Of a stretch of DNA of 64,000 nucleotides, positions 36,346 to 51,555 are shown piece after piece. The notes under the pieces are model-generated. The model searched no databases. It had not been told where the DNA came from and worked only from the letters and a program-made list of their open reading frames with translations. Position numbers and translations under genes: made by a program. The stretch comes from an uncultured SAR86 cluster bacterium (GTDB lineage: Bacteria; Pseudomonadota; Gammaproteobacteria; Magnimaribacterales; AG-339-G14). The number at the start of each line of letters is the position of its first letter. Position 1 is the first letter of the stretch. Where the stretch lies: contig CACOBG010000003.1 of assembly GCA_902625415.1 (NCBI GenBank), positions 79,507 to 143,506 on the forward strand, given 5' to 3'.

Positions 36346-37836
36346 ATGAGTGATGATACTTTATTAATAATTCTTGGCAATCAACTTTTCGAAAAAAAAT
36401 ATCTTTCACAGGCAAAGACCAAAAATATTTTTATGGCAGAAGACTTTGGACTGTGCACAGAAGAAAAATATCACAAACAAAAAATATTTTTCTTTTTAAG
36501 TGCTATGCGTTGTTTCAAGGATGAAGTATCTGACCTTGGTTACGAAGTTTTTTACAACAAACTTGATGAAAAGAACAAAAATAAGGATTTTCTAACCCTC
36601 CTAAGCAATTTTTTAGATAAAAATAAATTTAAAACTCTTAAATTTTTTGAAATAGAAGATAAATTCTTTGAAAAAAAAATATTTGATTTTTTAAAACAAA
36701 AAGAAATTGATTTTGAAATCATACAATCTCCCATGTTTCTCTGTTCAAGAGATAAATTTACTAAATTTGCGCAAAGCAAAAAAAATCTCAGGATGGTAAG
36801 TTTTTATCAGCTGATGCGAAAAGATTTAGATATCTTAGTTTCAGATGGTAAACCAATAGGAGGTAAATGGTCTTACGATGAAGAAAACAGAAAAAAAATT
36901 CCCAAAGATTTAGAACTTCCTAAATTAGAAATGTTTTCAAATAACGCTCATGGAGATAATGTAAAACAAGACGTTCAAAAGTATTTTGATAATCATCCTG
37001 GAGAGTTAAATTCTTGGCTGCCAGATAATAGAAAAGACGCCAGACAAAGTTTAAAAAAATTTTTAGAACATAGATTTAAGTTTTTTGGCACTTATGAAGA
37101 TGCCATGCAAGAACAACAAAATTTTTTATTTCATAGCATGCTATCGCCTCTTTTGAATGTTGGACTTTTAACGCCCAAGGAAGTTATAGATTCAGCTCTA
37201 ACCCATGCTGAATCAAATGATGTTCCCTTGAACTCTCTAGAGGGTTTCGTCAGACAAATTATTGGATGGCGAGAATTTATAAGAGGTGTCTATCAAGAAA
37301 AAAGTGAGATTGAGTTTAAAAGTAACTATTGGGATCATAAAAATAAAATAAATTCAAATTGGTACGATGGCTCTACAGGACTTGACCCTTTGGATGATGT
37401 AATAAGAATGGTGAATGAGTATGGTTATACTCATCACATCCCCCGATTGATGATACTTTCAAATATTTTTACTCTTTGTGAAATTGACCCTAAAGATATC
37501 TACAGATGGTTTATGGAGATGTTTGTCGACTCTTCTGAATGGGTAATGGTGCCTAATGTCTTTGGCATGGGTACTTTTGCCGATGGAGGGATAATGTCCA
37601 CTAAGCCTTATACATGCGGTTCAAATTATGTCTTAAAAATGAGTAATTATAAAAAAGGACCTTGGTGTGAGGTTTTAGATGGTCTTTATTGGAGATTTAC
37701 GGAAAAACATCGTGATTTCTATGAATCAAACCCTAGATTATCAATTTTGACACGCTCTCTAGATAAGATGAATCCAGAACGAAAGGAAAGAATTTTTGGT
37801 CTCGCTGATGAATTTATCAAAAAAAATTCGCTATGA
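36346..37836 (+). CDS. Bacterial (6-4) photolyase, PhrB/CryPro family, apparently without FeS cluster
   Basis: [54 protein letters not shown]...KPY. Confidence 0.88.
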   Translation: MSDDTLLIILGNQLFEKKYLSQAKTKNIFMAEDFGLCTEEKYHKQKIFFFLSAMRCFKDEVSDLGYEVFYNKLDEKNKNKDFLTLLSNFLDKNKFKTLKFFEIEDKFFEKKIFDFLKQKEIDFEIIQSPMFLCSRDKFTKFAQSKKNLRMVSFYQLMRKDLDILVSDGKPIGGKWSYDEENRKKIPKDLELPKLEMFSNNAHGDNVKQDVQKYFDNHPGELNSWLPDNRKDARQSLKKFLEHRFKFFGTYEDAMQEQQNFLFHSMLSPLLNVGLLTPKEVIDSALTHAESNDVPLNSLEGFVRQIIGWREFIRGVYQEKSEIEFKSNYWDHKNKINSNWYDGSTGLDPLDDVIRMVNEYGYTHHIPRLMILSNIFTLCEIDPKDIYRWFMEMFVDSSEWVMVPNVFGMGTFADGGIMSTKPYTCGSNYVLKMSNYKKGPWCEVLDGLYWRFTEKHRDFYESNPRLSILTRSLDKMNPERKERIFGLADEFIKKNSL

Positions 37837-37967
37837 AAAACAAAGAGGAAAAAATTTGTAAGGTATGTAGAAAACCTTTTTCATGGCGAAAAAAATGGGA
37901 AAGAGATTGGGAAAATGTTTTGTACTGTAGTGAACGTTGTAAAAGAAACAAGTCTAAGACATTGTAA
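37833..37967 (+). CDS. DUF2256-like 44-aa four-cysteine peptide (not in the ORF track)
   Basis: [44 protein letters not shown]; ATGA overlap with the photolyase stop. Confidence 0.85.
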   Translation: MKNKEEKICKVCRKPFSWRKKWERDWENVLYCSERCKRNKSKTL

Positions 37968-38961
37968 CTGTAACTTTTCCCACTAATTTTCTATCTCTTA
38001 AATATTCCAGGCCTTCCTTTGAATTTTTTAAAGGAAATTCTTTACAAATATGGGGTTTGAGTTTTCCCGATTCGGCTAATTCCATAATGATTTCATTATT
38101 CTCTCTTCCTTTTTCAGGATCTCTTCTACCAAATTCACCTGCCCTTACGCCAATAACTGAAAATCCTTTAATGAGAGGATAATTGACTGGAACTGTTGGA
38201 ATTCTGCCACTAGTAAAACCAATTATTAATAACCTGCCTCCCCAATTTATACATCGAATAGATTCATCAAATACATCGCCACCGACTGGGTCGTAAATTA
38301 CATCTGCACCTTTTCCATTCGTTAGATTTTTTACCTCTTCTCTGAAAGAAACAGAACCCTCTAATCCTGTATTGATGATTTCATCTGCGCCCCAAGTTTT
38401 TACAACTTTTAATTTTTCATCCGAAGTACCGCTTGCAATTACTTTTGCGCCATAAAGTTTGCCCATTTGCACCGCAGCCATTCCTACGCCGCCTGAAGCA
38501 CCATGAACAAGAAGTGTCTCGTCCTGCTTTAATTCGCCTCTTCTGATCAAGCCAACATAAGCAGTCAAATAAGCTGTTTTAAAAGAGGCTGCTTCAGAAA
38601 AGTTTAATGATTTAGGTTTCAAAGAGACCAATCCTTCTGGGAGAATGATTGATTCGGCAATTGCACCATGTCCCCAACCGCCAAACATAACTTCATCACC
38701 TTCTTTTAAAGAAGAAACTCCAGGTCCAACCTTTTCAACTATTCCTGCTCCTTCCATACCAAGAGCAAATGGAAGATTAGGTCTATTTTGATATTTACCC
38801 TGAGTCATGAGTAAATCAGGGAAATTAAGTGAAGCGGCCTTAATTTTAATTTTGACCGAATTATCCTGAAAGGAATCTAATTTGAGTTCTCCTAAATTTG
38901 TCTTAGACAAATCTTCGGAGAGCTCAGAGCAGACTAATCCATACGTTGTATGATCAGTCAT
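37954..38961 (-). CDS. NADPH:quinone oxidoreductase family (MDR)
   Basis: LNFPD.L...[28 protein letters not shown]. Confidence 0.9.
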   Translation of the reverse strand: MTDHTTYGLVCSELSEDLSKTNLGELKLDSFQDNSVKIKIKAASLNFPDLLMTQGKYQNRPNLPFALGMEGAGIVEKVGPGVSSLKEGDEVMFGGWGHGAIAESIILPEGLVSLKPKSLNFSEAASFKTAYLTAYVGLIRRGELKQDETLLVHGASGGVGMAAVQMGKLYGAKVIASGTSDEKLKVVKTWGADEIINTGLEGSVSFREEVKNLTNGKGADVIYDPVGGDVFDESIRCINWGGRLLIIGFTSGRIPTVPVNYPLIKGFSVIGVRAGEFGRRDPEKGRENNEIIMELAESGKLKPHICKEFPLKNSKEGLEYLRDRKLVGKVTVTMS

Positions 38962-38967
38962 TAAAGA

Positions 38968-40224
38968 TTAGCTTGGTCTGCCGATATATTCTTCTGCTTT
39001 TGCTTCTTCAGCTTGATGTTTACCAAGTTCCAATCTCGCAACTGTTCTTCTGTGAACTTCATCAGGCCCATCAGCTAAACGAAGAGTTCTCATTCCAGCA
39101 TAAAGCCTTGCAAGAGGAGTATCTTGAGAAACTCCTGCGCCACCATGAATTTGAATCGCTTTATCAATTACACGAAGTGCCATATTAGGAACAGCAACTT
39201 TGATTTGTGCAATTTCACTTTTAGCAATTTTGTTACCAACTGTATCCATCATATAGGCAGCTTTTAAAGTAAGAAGCCTGCACATATCAATTTCTATTCT
39301 GCAATCAGCAATGACGTCATAGTTTCCACCCAATTCGGAAAGCGTTTTTCCAAACGCCGTTCTATTTAGAGATCTTTTACATAACAAGTCTAAAGCTCTT
39401 TCGGCAGCTCCAATTGTTCTCATACAGTGATGGATTCTTCCTGGGCCTAAACGACCTTGGGCTATTTCAAAACCTCTGCCTTCTCCTAAAAGAAGATTTT
39501 CTTTAGGTACTTCAACATCTGTAAATTTCATATGAGCATGTCCGTGAGGAGCATCGTCGTTTCCAAACACAGTCATCATTCTTAAAACTTCCACTCCAGG
39601 AGTATCCATTGGGACAAGAATCTGAGATTGTCTTTGGTGTTTAGGGTTATCAGGATTTGTTACTCCCATGAATATAATGATTTTACAACGAGGATCGCCA
39701 GCGCCAGAAGTCCACCATTTCTCACCATTGATGACATATCTATCCCCCTTATCCTCAATTCTGCTACCGATATTTGTTGCATCCGATGAAGCAACATTCG
39801 GTTCAGTCATCCCAAAAGCTGATCTGATTTCACCATCAAGCAGAGGCTTTAACCATTGTTCTTGTTGCTCAGGGTTTCCATATTTATCTATTACTTCCAT
39901 ATTTCCAGTGTCTGGTGCTGAACAATTGAATACTTCTGATGCGATTCCACATCTTCCCATTTGCTCAGACAAAGGAGCATATTCTAAGTTTGTCAGTCCA
40001 GGTCCCCATTGAGAGTCAGGCAAAAATAAGTTCCACAAGCCTTCAGCCTTTGCTTTTGCTTTAAGCTCATCTAATACTGGAGGAACTTGCCAGGGGTTTC
40101 CTTGATTTCTAAATTCTGCCATTTGATCCGCGTACACTTTTTCACCTTCATAAACGTGATCGTCCATAAACTTTGTTACGCGTTCTAATAAATCTTTTAC
40201 TTTATCCGTATGTTGAAATTCCAT
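38968..40224 (-). CDS. Acyl-CoA dehydrogenase (ACAD10/11-like)
   Basis: [50 protein letters not shown]. Confidence 0.93.
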   Translation of the reverse strand: MEFQHTDKVKDLLERVTKFMDDHVYEGEKVYADQMAEFRNQGNPWQVPPVLDELKAKAKAEGLWNLFLPDSQWGPGLTNLEYAPLSEQMGRCGIASEVFNCSAPDTGNMEVIDKYGNPEQQEQWLKPLLDGEIRSAFGMTEPNVASSDATNIGSRIEDKGDRYVINGEKWWTSGAGDPRCKIIIFMGVTNPDNPKHQRQSQILVPMDTPGVEVLRMMTVFGNDDAPHGHAHMKFTDVEVPKENLLLGEGRGFEIAQGRLGPGRIHHCMRTIGAAERALDLLCKRSLNRTAFGKTLSELGGNYDVIADCRIEIDMCRLLTLKAAYMMDTVGNKIAKSEIAQIKVAVPNMALRVIDKAIQIHGGAGVSQDTPLARLYAGMRTLRLADGPDEVHRRTVARLELGKHQAEEAKAEEYIGRPS

Positions 40225-40273
40225 ATATATCCTCTTGATTTAAGAAAAAAAATATTAACAAGTTTTTAAAAAA

Positions 40274-40294
40274 TTTGACACCCTATATGTCAAA
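40274..40294. promoter_or_regulatory. Perfect inverted repeat TTTGACA-N7-TGTCAAA in a divergent gap
   Basis: 7-bp arms, each containing TTGACA on its own strand. Confidence 0.45.
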
Positions 40295-40308
40295 ATAATA
40301 CATCTCAT

Positions 40309-41148
40309 ATGATTAAATCCATCGATCACATATTAGTTGCTGTAGAAGATTTAGATAAAGCTGTAGAAGACTATTCACTTGTTTTTGGCTTTGGTCCTAC
40401 TTGGCAAGGAAATCATCCATCTCTGGGAACTAAAAACGCCCTATTTCCCCTAGACAATCTGTATTTTGAATTGATTGCTGTAAATGATGACGGGCTCCTT
40501 GCAGAAACTGTTAAAGAACATTTAGAAAAAAATGGAGAGAGTGTTTTTGGCTTAGCCTTGGAGACAGATGATATTGAAAAAGCCAAAAATGAACTTTCGG
40601 CAAGCTTTGATACAGATTTAGAAATATCAGATGGAAAAGGTGTAAATAATATTTCAAATGAGGAAAGACATTGGAGAAACATTTTTATCCCTAGAAAGTT
40701 TTCAAGAGGAATATTTACTCTTTTCATTCAACACACAAAAGGCAACCTTCCAAAAAACGAAATATCTGACGAATCATCTATTTCAAGAATGGATCATGTA
40801 GTTATTAATTCAAACGATCCTGATGGTTTGGTCGATCTTTATAAGGAGAAGTATGGAATTAGGCTCGCTTTAGACCAATTTGTAGAAAAATGGGGAGGTC
40901 GAATGCTCTTTTTTAGGACCAACCACACTACTATTGAAGCTATTGGAATTAAAAAAGATGGACCGCCAGAGGATTCACTGTGGGGCCTAGCCTGGACAAC
41001 AAAAAATATAAAAAAAACGCACAAGAGATTGCTTGATGCGGGTATAAATATTACTGATATTAAAGATGGTAGAAAACCTAATACTCTTGTTGCAACAATC
41101 AAATCTCACTGTTCGAATGTTCCAACTTTACTGATTGAGCATCTTTAG
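40309..41148 (+). CDS. VOC/glyoxalase-like protein (two domains)
   Basis: IDHILVAV.DL, H...GTKN, YFELI, second DHVVI repeat. Confidence 0.8.
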   Translation: MIKSIDHILVAVEDLDKAVEDYSLVFGFGPTWQGNHPSLGTKNALFPLDNLYFELIAVNDDGLLAETVKEHLEKNGESVFGLALETDDIEKAKNELSASFDTDLEISDGKGVNNISNEERHWRNIFIPRKFSRGIFTLFIQHTKGNLPKNEISDESSISRMDHVVINSNDPDGLVDLYKEKYGIRLALDQFVEKWGGRMLFFRTNHTTIEAIGIKKDGPPEDSLWGLAWTTKNIKKTHKRLLDAGINITDIKDGRKPNTLVATIKSHCSNVPTLLIEHL

Positions 41149-41160
41149 TTGCTAATTTTT

Positions 41161-41245
41161 TGGTGCGGATAGAGGGAGTCGAACCCCCACACCTTTCGGC
41201 ACTAGAACCTAAATCTAGCGTGTCTACCAGTTCCACCATATCCGC
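41161..41245 (-). tRNA. tRNA-Leu(TAG)
   Basis: GCGGATA/TATCCGC acceptor, CTAGA-TTTAGGT-TCTAG anticodon arm, long variable arm, GGTTCGACTCC, CCA. Confidence 0.97.
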
Positions 41246-41264
41246 GTGAAAATAAGTATATTGA

Positions 41265-41897
41265 TTAGTTTTCTATTGGCAAGGAATTACTTTCTGAGTT
41301 CTCCTTATTGGAAATAGATCTTGAAAGCTCATCTTTTAATTTGAGGATAGATTGATTGGTTTGCCTTCTAAAAGAATCCATAGAGTTCACCGCCTCCTCT
41401 AAATCTTTTATACGCAGCTCATAATCAGGAGTGCTCAAAGAGGATGTATCTATTTTAGCGACTCTGGTTTTTATATCGGAAATAGACTTTGAAAATTCTT
41501 TTGAAATCAATCTTATTTCTTGAGATTGAGTGAAAATTTCTTTAATAGAGCTATCAATTGAATTGAGCTGATCTTCAAGAGTAGCAATTCTTTGTTTATT
41601 TCTTTTATTACTTAAATCCCATAACTTCCTTATCTCTCTATTAACTTCCTTAAGGTCATCTGAAAGAGTTTCAACAGTAACTTCTGACGACTGAACAGAT
41701 TGTTGAACTTGTTGTTCCAAATCAATCAATCTGGAATTCATGTTTATGAGATTTTCTTGCTGAGATGAAGTTCTAAATAACATAAAGGAAATCAATATGA
41801 TGAAAACCAAAAGAAAGACTCCATATGATATTACTGAGCTTGGCGGTACCTGACTGGAAGGAAATATTCTTCTAGTAGAGATTGGATTTTTTTTCAT
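41265..41897 (-). CDS. Single-pass membrane coiled-coil hypothetical protein
   Basis: One TM then heptad-rich region; EIRKLWD.S.KRN and D.FR.Q.N segments. Confidence 0.65.
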   Translation of the reverse strand: MKKNPISTRRIFPSSQVPPSSVISYGVFLLVFIILISFMLFRTSSQQENLINMNSRLIDLEQQVQQSVQSSEVTVETLSDDLKEVNREIRKLWDLSNKRNKQRIATLEDQLNSIDSSIKEIFTQSQEIRLISKEFSKSISDIKTRVAKIDTSSLSTPDYELRIKDLEEAVNSMDSFRRQTNQSILKLKDELSRSISNKENSESNSLPIEN

Positions 41898-41970
41898 TTA
41901 CTTTAGATTGGTTATTTTGTTTATTTTAATTCATGGTTAGAATAGAAAGCTATTATTTAAAGGAGAACAA

Positions 41971-43083
41971 ATGAATTTTAATTTTTCTGAAGATCAATTG
42001 TTGATGAAAGAAGAGGTGAAAAAACTTCTTGATAAAGAGAATTCTGTAAAAAGAAATAGAAATGTTTTAGAGGGAGAAGAAAAGTTTGATAAAGAACTTT
42101 GGAACCAGCTAGTTCAAATGGGCTTAACGGCTACTACCATTCCTGAAGAATATGGTGGAATAGGTATGGGCTTTTTAGAATTGTGTGTCATTGCTGAAGA
42201 ACTTGGTAGAGGAATAGCTCCAGTTCCCTTCTCTTCAAGTGTTTATCTTGCTACTACAGCAATTCTAAATTCCTCAAATGAAGATATTAAAAAGGAATTT
42301 CTCCCAAAATTAGCTAGCGGCGAAATTATAGGTACTTTTGCGCATTCAGAAAAAACAACATTTCCTAGCGAGTCTGGAATAAGTGTTGCTGCTAAATCTG
42401 GAAAAATCACTGGAAAAAAAGTTGCTGTGCCTGATGGAGATATAGCAAATTTTGCTCTGGTATCCGCAACTTCAGGTAAAAATAAAATTGGCCTTTATCT
42501 AGTTGATTTATCTGCCGATGGGGTGGAAATTGATTCTTTAGAGACTTTTGATCCTTCTAGATCTCATGCTGATATATCTTTTAAAAATACACCTGCTCAA
42601 GAGCTAAGCGCAGATGCTTGGGAAGACATAGAAAAACTTCTAGATCAATCTGCGGTTTTATTTGCTTTTGAACAAGTAGGTGGTGCTGAAGCTGCAATGA
42701 ATCAAGCTAAAGATTATGCTATGGGTAGATATGCCTTCGGAAGAGCTATTGCTTCCTTTCAAGCTATCAAACACAAAGTAGCTGACATGTATATTTCACT
42801 TCAATTGGCTCGTTCCAATTGTTATTACGGTGCCTGGGCTTTGAGTAATGATGCCCCTGAACTTCCAACTGCTGCAGCTACTGCCCGAGTAAGTGCTACA
42901 AAAGCATTTTATGAATGCTCAAAAGAAAATATTCAAACTCATGGAGGAATGGGCGCTACTTGGGAATTTGATTGTCATCTTTTCTACAGAAGAGCAAGAT
43001 TGCTTTCCAGCAACATAGGCAGTCAAGGAATATGGAAAGATAAATTAATTACATCACTAGAAAAAAGTAATTCACCAACATAA
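41971..43083 (+). CDS. Acyl-CoA dehydrogenase family, probable non-catalytic partner subunit
   Basis: IPEEYGG.G, EELGR...P.P, R.AFGR.IASFQAIKH, Q.HGGMG.TWE; SD AAGGAG. Confidence 0.9.
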   Translation: MNFNFSEDQLLMKEEVKKLLDKENSVKRNRNVLEGEEKFDKELWNQLVQMGLTATTIPEEYGGIGMGFLELCVIAEELGRGIAPVPFSSSVYLATTAILNSSNEDIKKEFLPKLASGEIIGTFAHSEKTTFPSESGISVAAKSGKITGKKVAVPDGDIANFALVSATSGKNKIGLYLVDLSADGVEIDSLETFDPSRSHADISFKNTPAQELSADAWEDIEKLLDQSAVLFAFEQVGGAEAAMNQAKDYAMGRYAFGRAIASFQAIKHKVADMYISLQLARSNCYYGAWALSNDAPELPTAAATARVSATKAFYECSKENIQTHGGMGATWEFDCHLFYRRARLLSSNIGSQGIWKDKLITSLEKSNSPT

Positions 43084-43107
43084 AATTATACAAATCGGAG
43101 GATAAAC

Positions 43108-44348
43108 ATGGATTTTAATGATACTAAAGACGAAGCAAAATTTAGAGATGAGGTAAATTCTTGGTTATCTGCTAATGCAGATAAAAAAGAACATGCCAAA
43201 GACATTTACCGTCCTGCAGAAATGAGTGGTGAGGGCGAATCTGGAGAATCAAGCGCGCTTAAAGATGCTAAAGCTTGGCAAGCAAAAAAATACGATGCTG
43301 GCTGGGCATGTCTTCATTGGCCTAAAGATTATGGTGGACGTGATGCGACTCCAATGGAAAGAGTAATTTGGGGACAAGAAGAATCCAAATTTAAAGTGCC
43401 AGGTGGTTTTTTTGAGATTGGCCAAGGCATGGCAGGTCCAGTATTAATGCTTTATGCAACAGAAGAACAGAAAAAAAGATATCTCCCTCCAATGGCTAAA
43501 GGTGAGGAAATTTGGTGTCAGTTATTTAGTGAGCCTGGAGCTGGTTCTGATTTAGCGGGTATTAAAACTAAAGCTGAACTAGATGGTGATACTTGGACTA
43601 TTAATGGTCAAAAAGTATGGACTTCAGGAGCCCACTACAGTGATTATGGAATCATTGTCACTAGAAGTGATTTCTCAGCTCCTAAACATAAAGGCCTTAC
43701 CTACTTCTTTCTGGATATGAAGTCTCCCGGAGTTGAAGTTAGACCAATCAAACAAATCACAGGTGGAGCAAACTTTAATGAAGTTTATTTTACCGATGTA
43801 AAAATTCCTGATTCACAACGTCTTGGTGAAATTGGAGACGGATGGAAGGTTTCTTTAACTACTCTTATGAATGAGAGACTCGCTGTCGGTGATGCATCTG
43901 GAGTAGATTTCCAAGAAATTTTTGAACTTGCTAAAGATCAAGATTTCAATGGTGATTCTGCCATTTCAAATGGTGCTGTTAGAGAAAAACTTGCTGATTG
44001 GTATTGTGAGCAATCCGGCTTGAAGTACACAAAAATGAGAAACATCTCAGCTTTATCGCAAGGAAGTACTCCTGGTCCTGAAGCTTCTATAACTAAGATA
44101 GTTAGTGCAAACAAACTTCAAGATATTGCAAACTATGGCATGGATCTAATGGATAATGCCTCCATTGCAAGAGATGAAGAAACTGCAATTTTTCAAGGAA
44201 GCTTACTTGGAGCTCCTCTTATAAGAATTGCTGGTGGAACTGACGAAGTACTTAAGAATATTATTGCTGAGCAAGTCCTTGGAATGCCGCAAGATATTAG
44301 GGTAGATAAAAACGTTCCGTTTAACGAAATACCTACAGGTTCAAAGAA

Positions 44349-44352
<4 letters not shown>
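43108..44352 (+). CDS. Acyl-CoA dehydrogenase family
   Basis: WCQLFSEPGAGSDLA, NGQKVWTS, FNEVYF, TTLMNER, IAGGTDE; SD GGAGG. Confidence 0.93.
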
Positions 44353-47647
<3,295 letters not shown>

Positions 47648-47648
<1 letters not shown>

Positions 47649-50080
47649 TAACTTGCGGCCATTTTAAGAGCTTCATCAACATCTACAGAAACCAATCTTG
47701 ATACACCAGGTTCCTGCATGGTAACACCCATAAGGTGTTTACTTTTTTCCATTGAAATTTTATTGTGCGTTACAAAAATAAATTGAACCTTTTCGGACAT
47801 TTCTTCAACCATATTGATAAATCTTGAAGTATTAAAGTCATCCAGTGGAGCATCTATCTCATCAAGAATACAAAAAGGCGCTGGATTTAGAGAAAAAAAG
47901 CTAAATACCAATGCTATAGAGGATAAAGCTTTTTCTCCGCCCGACAACTGAGAAACATTTACATTCTTTTTTCCTGGAGGCATAGCCTTAAAAAGCACTC
48001 CGGATTCTAATAAATCTCTTTCAGTTAATTCTAATTTTGCGAAACCGCCGCCAAATAGTTTTGGAAAAAGCTCACCTAATTTAATATTTAGCTTGTCCAA
48101 TGTATCCTTAAATTTTGTTCTTGATTCCAAATCAATTTTCTTAATCGCCCCTTGCAAGGTTTCCAGCGCACTATTCAATTCGGACATTTGAGTATCAATT
48201 TCAGAGTTTCTTTCTTCTTCTAATTTGTACTCTTCTGCAGCAGCTAAATTTATCGGACCAATTCTTTCTATTGAAGTTTCAATTTTTGAAATTTCTTCTA
48301 CCAATGACTCCTCAGTCATATTTTCGGTAATTTCATCAAGTAATCCTTGAATCTCATAATTGTCGTTTTTAAGTTGTTCTTCAAAAATTGCTGATTCAGA
48401 AATAAACCCTTGTCTTTCTAATTTATATTTTTGAATATCCCTATTAAAGTCTTCAAGACTGAGATCGGTTTCATGAATTCTTCGTTCGTTGGCTCTTATG
48501 TTTTCATTTAAATCATTAAAATGTTCTCTAAGTTTTGACAGGTTTCCCTCTACGTCTATTCTAGAGTCTAATAAGGGCTTAATATCTGCTTCAATTTTCT
48601 CTATCGGGCCTTCAATCTCATGAAGCTTTTCTTCAAGAGAGTTTTTTGCAGTAATAGTATTGAGCTTGGAACTTTCGATTGCAGATAATTTACTCTTAAT
48701 TTCAGCTACTTTTACTTTGAAAGACGTAATTTCTGAACTCAAAGAAAGGAGTTCAGTTTTTTGAGCCTTAAACTTTTCTTCTTGATATTGAGATTGATGT
48801 TTAATTGATTCCTTTAGTTTTTCTAGCTTGTTCTTAATCTCAAGAGCAAAAGAATGAATTTCTTGGATATCGCTCACTGTTTTTGTTGAGAAATCCCTTG
48901 TAGTCTCTTCTAAAGAAACTGTTAGATTAGACACATCAAGAAAGATTTTTTCTACCAGAAAATCTGGAGACATTGCTCCCTCAAGTTTAGAAAAGCTTTC
49001 GTCTAGGGCTTGAAGTTCTGGTTCTTTTTTTGAAAGTTCTAATTCAGCGTCAGACAACTCTTTTGATAAATTATCTTTATCGGAAGAAAAACTATTTAAA
49101 GACTCTTCCATTTGGTCCTTTTCTAAAAGCAGATCCTTTCTCTTTTCTTTTAACAAAGATAATTCTTGCTCGGAACTACTAAGGTCCGCGCCACTAGAAT
49201 AGTAATCCTGTTGAACTTTATCTATTTTTTGTTGAATTTCAGATTGAGTTACCTTGGATTTATCTATTTCGGAGTTGAGTGAGATTTTAAGAGTTCTTTC
49301 TTTTTCAAGGCTTGATTCAAGTTCTTTGATTGATAAATCTATATTTGAAATTTTTTCTTTTCTTGTTTGCCATGATATTGCTTTCAAAAGGCCTTTTTTT
49401 GATTTTTCTTCAGCTTTTAATGCTTCGTATCTTTCAGCTGACTTTACCTGTCTTTTAAGTTTTAAAAGCTGTCTTTCAATCTCATCTTTAAGATCTTTAA
49501 CTCGACTGAGATTCTCTTTAGTTTTCTTAATTCTTGATTCAGTTTCTTTTTTTCTTTCGCGATAAACAGAAATGCCTGCAACTTCTTCAATGTACATTCT
49601 TAGTTCTTCAGGTTTAGAACTTATTAGCTTAGTCGCCATTTCTTGTTCAATGACTGCATAACTTCTAGGTCCGAGACCAGTACCAAGAAATATATCTGTA
49701 ATGTCTTTTCTTCTGCATTCTGAGCCGTTTAAAAAGTAGATAGATCTCCCATCAATTTCTAAAACTCGTTTGACAGAGATTTCTGAATAGCTTGAATATT
49801 CTCCTCCTAATTTTCCTAAAGAATTATCAAATAAAAGTTCCACAGAAGCACGACTCGATGGCGCTCTGGATGATGATCCGCTAAAAATAACATCGGCCAT
49901 ATTTTCGCCTCTTAAATTTTTAGCAGATATTTCTCCCATAACCCATCTAACAGCGTCAATAATATTAGATTTACCGCAGCCGTTAGGCCCGACTACTCCG
50001 CTCATGCTGCTGGGGAAGGAAATTTTCGTGGGGTCCACGAAAGATTTAAAACCAGATAGGCTGATGTTTTTTAATCTCAT
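47648..50080 (-). CDS. smc: Chromosome segregation protein SMC, short form without recognisable hinge
   Basis: GFKSF, GPNGCGKSN, YAVIEQ, GPINLAA.EE, LSGGEK, LDEIDAPLD, FVTH, GVTMQEPGVS. Confidence 0.92.
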
Positions 50081-50129
50081 CCTTGGATGTTTATTTTAAC
50101 CGATTTAGGCTTTTAAAACCCTATTTTTT

Positions 50130-50678
50130 CTAATTTTTAAGCTCTTTTAATGCAAGATTCATTGCAATAATCAAGGATTCTTTTTCTTTATTATTAGTAG
50201 AATTTTCAAGGGCTATTGACCAGCTTTTGAGGGCTTCCTCAAAGTTATTTTGTTGAAAATAATTTAAACCTTGAAGTGATAGAGCTCTTGTATCGGACGG
50301 ATTTAAATATAAAGATTTTTCTAAATGGTTGACGACGTCGCTACTAAATTTACCTTGTAATTCATAATATGACTCTGCAAGAAAAGAATGTACGCTAGAG
50401 TCAATCAAATCTGGATATTCATCTACCAAAAAATTAAAACTTTTAATTGCTAATTTAAATTTTTCGTCATAAAAAAACCTCTTACCAGAGAGCATTACTT
50501 CTGAAGCATTCAAGTATTTAAAATCTATCTGAATATCATGCGGCTTATCTGAAGTAAGAAACGTAAAGTAATCGTCCTGAAATGCAAATTTTTTTAAAGA
50601 GCCATAACCTTGGACCAGAAAAAAAAGAAAAAAAGAAAAAATGATTATTGTGAAGTAGCTAATAACTCTAAAATTCAT
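50130..50678 (-). CDS. CcmI/CycH-like TPR protein
   Basis: N-terminal TM, TPR (L..NP.D..AL.L.G..YFQ.NNF.EA...W); last gene of the ccm operon. Confidence 0.65.
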   Translation of the reverse strand: MNFRVISYFTIIIFSFFLFFLVQGYGSLKKFAFQDDYFTFLTSDKPHDIQIDFKYLNASEVMLSGKRFFYDEKFKLAIKSFNFLVDEYPDLIDSSVHSFLAESYYELQGKFSSDVVNHLEKSLYLNPSDTRALSLQGLNYFQQNNFEEALKSWSIALENSTNNKEKESLIIAMNLALKELKN

Positions 50679-51043
50679 TTTTTTAAAAAATTGAAAAGAA
50701 AGAATATTCCAATAACGATCAGCAATAAAGGAAATCCATATAAAATTGAAATTGATATTTTATTTTCTGGCATAAATAAAATTCCCTCACCATAAAGTTT
50801 GATTAAATTACTTTTAATTTCTCTAGGAGTTTTGCCATTTTCAAGCTCAGTAAAAATGGCGTTTTTCAAATCATTTGCTATGTCTGAATCAGATTCTGCA
50901 ATGGAGGATCCTGCACAAAGAGGACAACTTATTTCCTGTGATAACTCAATAAAATCCTTTTCTAAATTTTCATTCGAAAAGTCATAAATATTCTTCGCTT
51001 CTAAAGAAAAAGATAGAAAAAAAACTGGTATCAAGAACAACAT
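50675..51043 (-). CDS. ccmH: Cytochrome c maturation CcmH
   Basis: ISCPLCAGSSIAESD, YGE.IL..P; start approximate. Confidence 0.9.
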   Translation of the reverse strand: MLFLIPVFFLSFSLEAKNIYDFSNENLEKDFIELSQEISCPLCAGSSIAESDSDIANDLKNAIFTELENGKTPREIKSNLIKLYGEGILFMPENKISISILYGFPLLLIVIGIFFLFNFLKK

Positions 51044-51045
51044 TT

Positions 51046-51555
51046 TTATTTATCGATTAAGGGAATAAATTTATCTTTCCAAACTTTTTCAGACATGATG
51101 CCGATATGTTTTTGTAAAATTTTATCCTCTCTAAGAAGATAAGTTTCCGGTGCTCCAGATACTCCAAGATTAAAACCATATGCACCTTCTTGATCATAAA
51201 GATTTACGGAATAAGGATTTCCATATTGATCTAACCATTTAAGCGCTTTTTCTAAATCATCTTTATAGTTCAAACCAACAATGTTCCAACCTTCGGTTTT
51301 TTTTGCCATCAGAAATCCATGTTCTAACTTACAATTAATACACCACGTAGCCCAAACGTTTAATAAAGAAAATTCATTCCTTTTTAATAAACTTACATCC
51401 AGAAGATTTCCATCAAAAGTTTTTATCTCTCCTGAGGGTAGATTTTTTTCTGGAAAATTAAACTCGCCCTCTTCAAAAAGATTTGCAAAAAAAATAGAGA
51501 AGATAAATAAAGTCAAAATTAGAGAAAAATAACCTATATATCGTGTGATTTTCAT
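51046..51555 (-). CDS. ccmG: CcmG/DsbE thiol:disulfide oxidoreductase
   Basis: NVWATWCINCKLEH, GLNYKD, GNPY, GV.GAPET. Confidence 0.92.
   Translation of the reverse strand: MKITRYIGYFSLILTLFIFSIFFANLFEEGEFNFPEKNLPSGEIKTFDGNLLDVSLLKRNEFSLLNVWATWCINCKLEHGFLMAKKTEGWNIVGLNYKDDLEKALKWLDQYGNPYSVNLYDQEGAYGFNLGVSGAPETYLLREDKILQKHIGIMSEKVWKDKFIPLIDK

Noticed and set aside
41218-41229. 12-nt perfect complementarity between the tRNA-Leu D-arm (TGGTAGACACGC) and the tRNA-Val 3' end (GCGTGTCTACCA)
   Set aside because: The Leu D-arm sequence is generic and both segments are tied up in tRNA structure, so it is most likely coincidental; the orientation is also wrong for an att direct repeat
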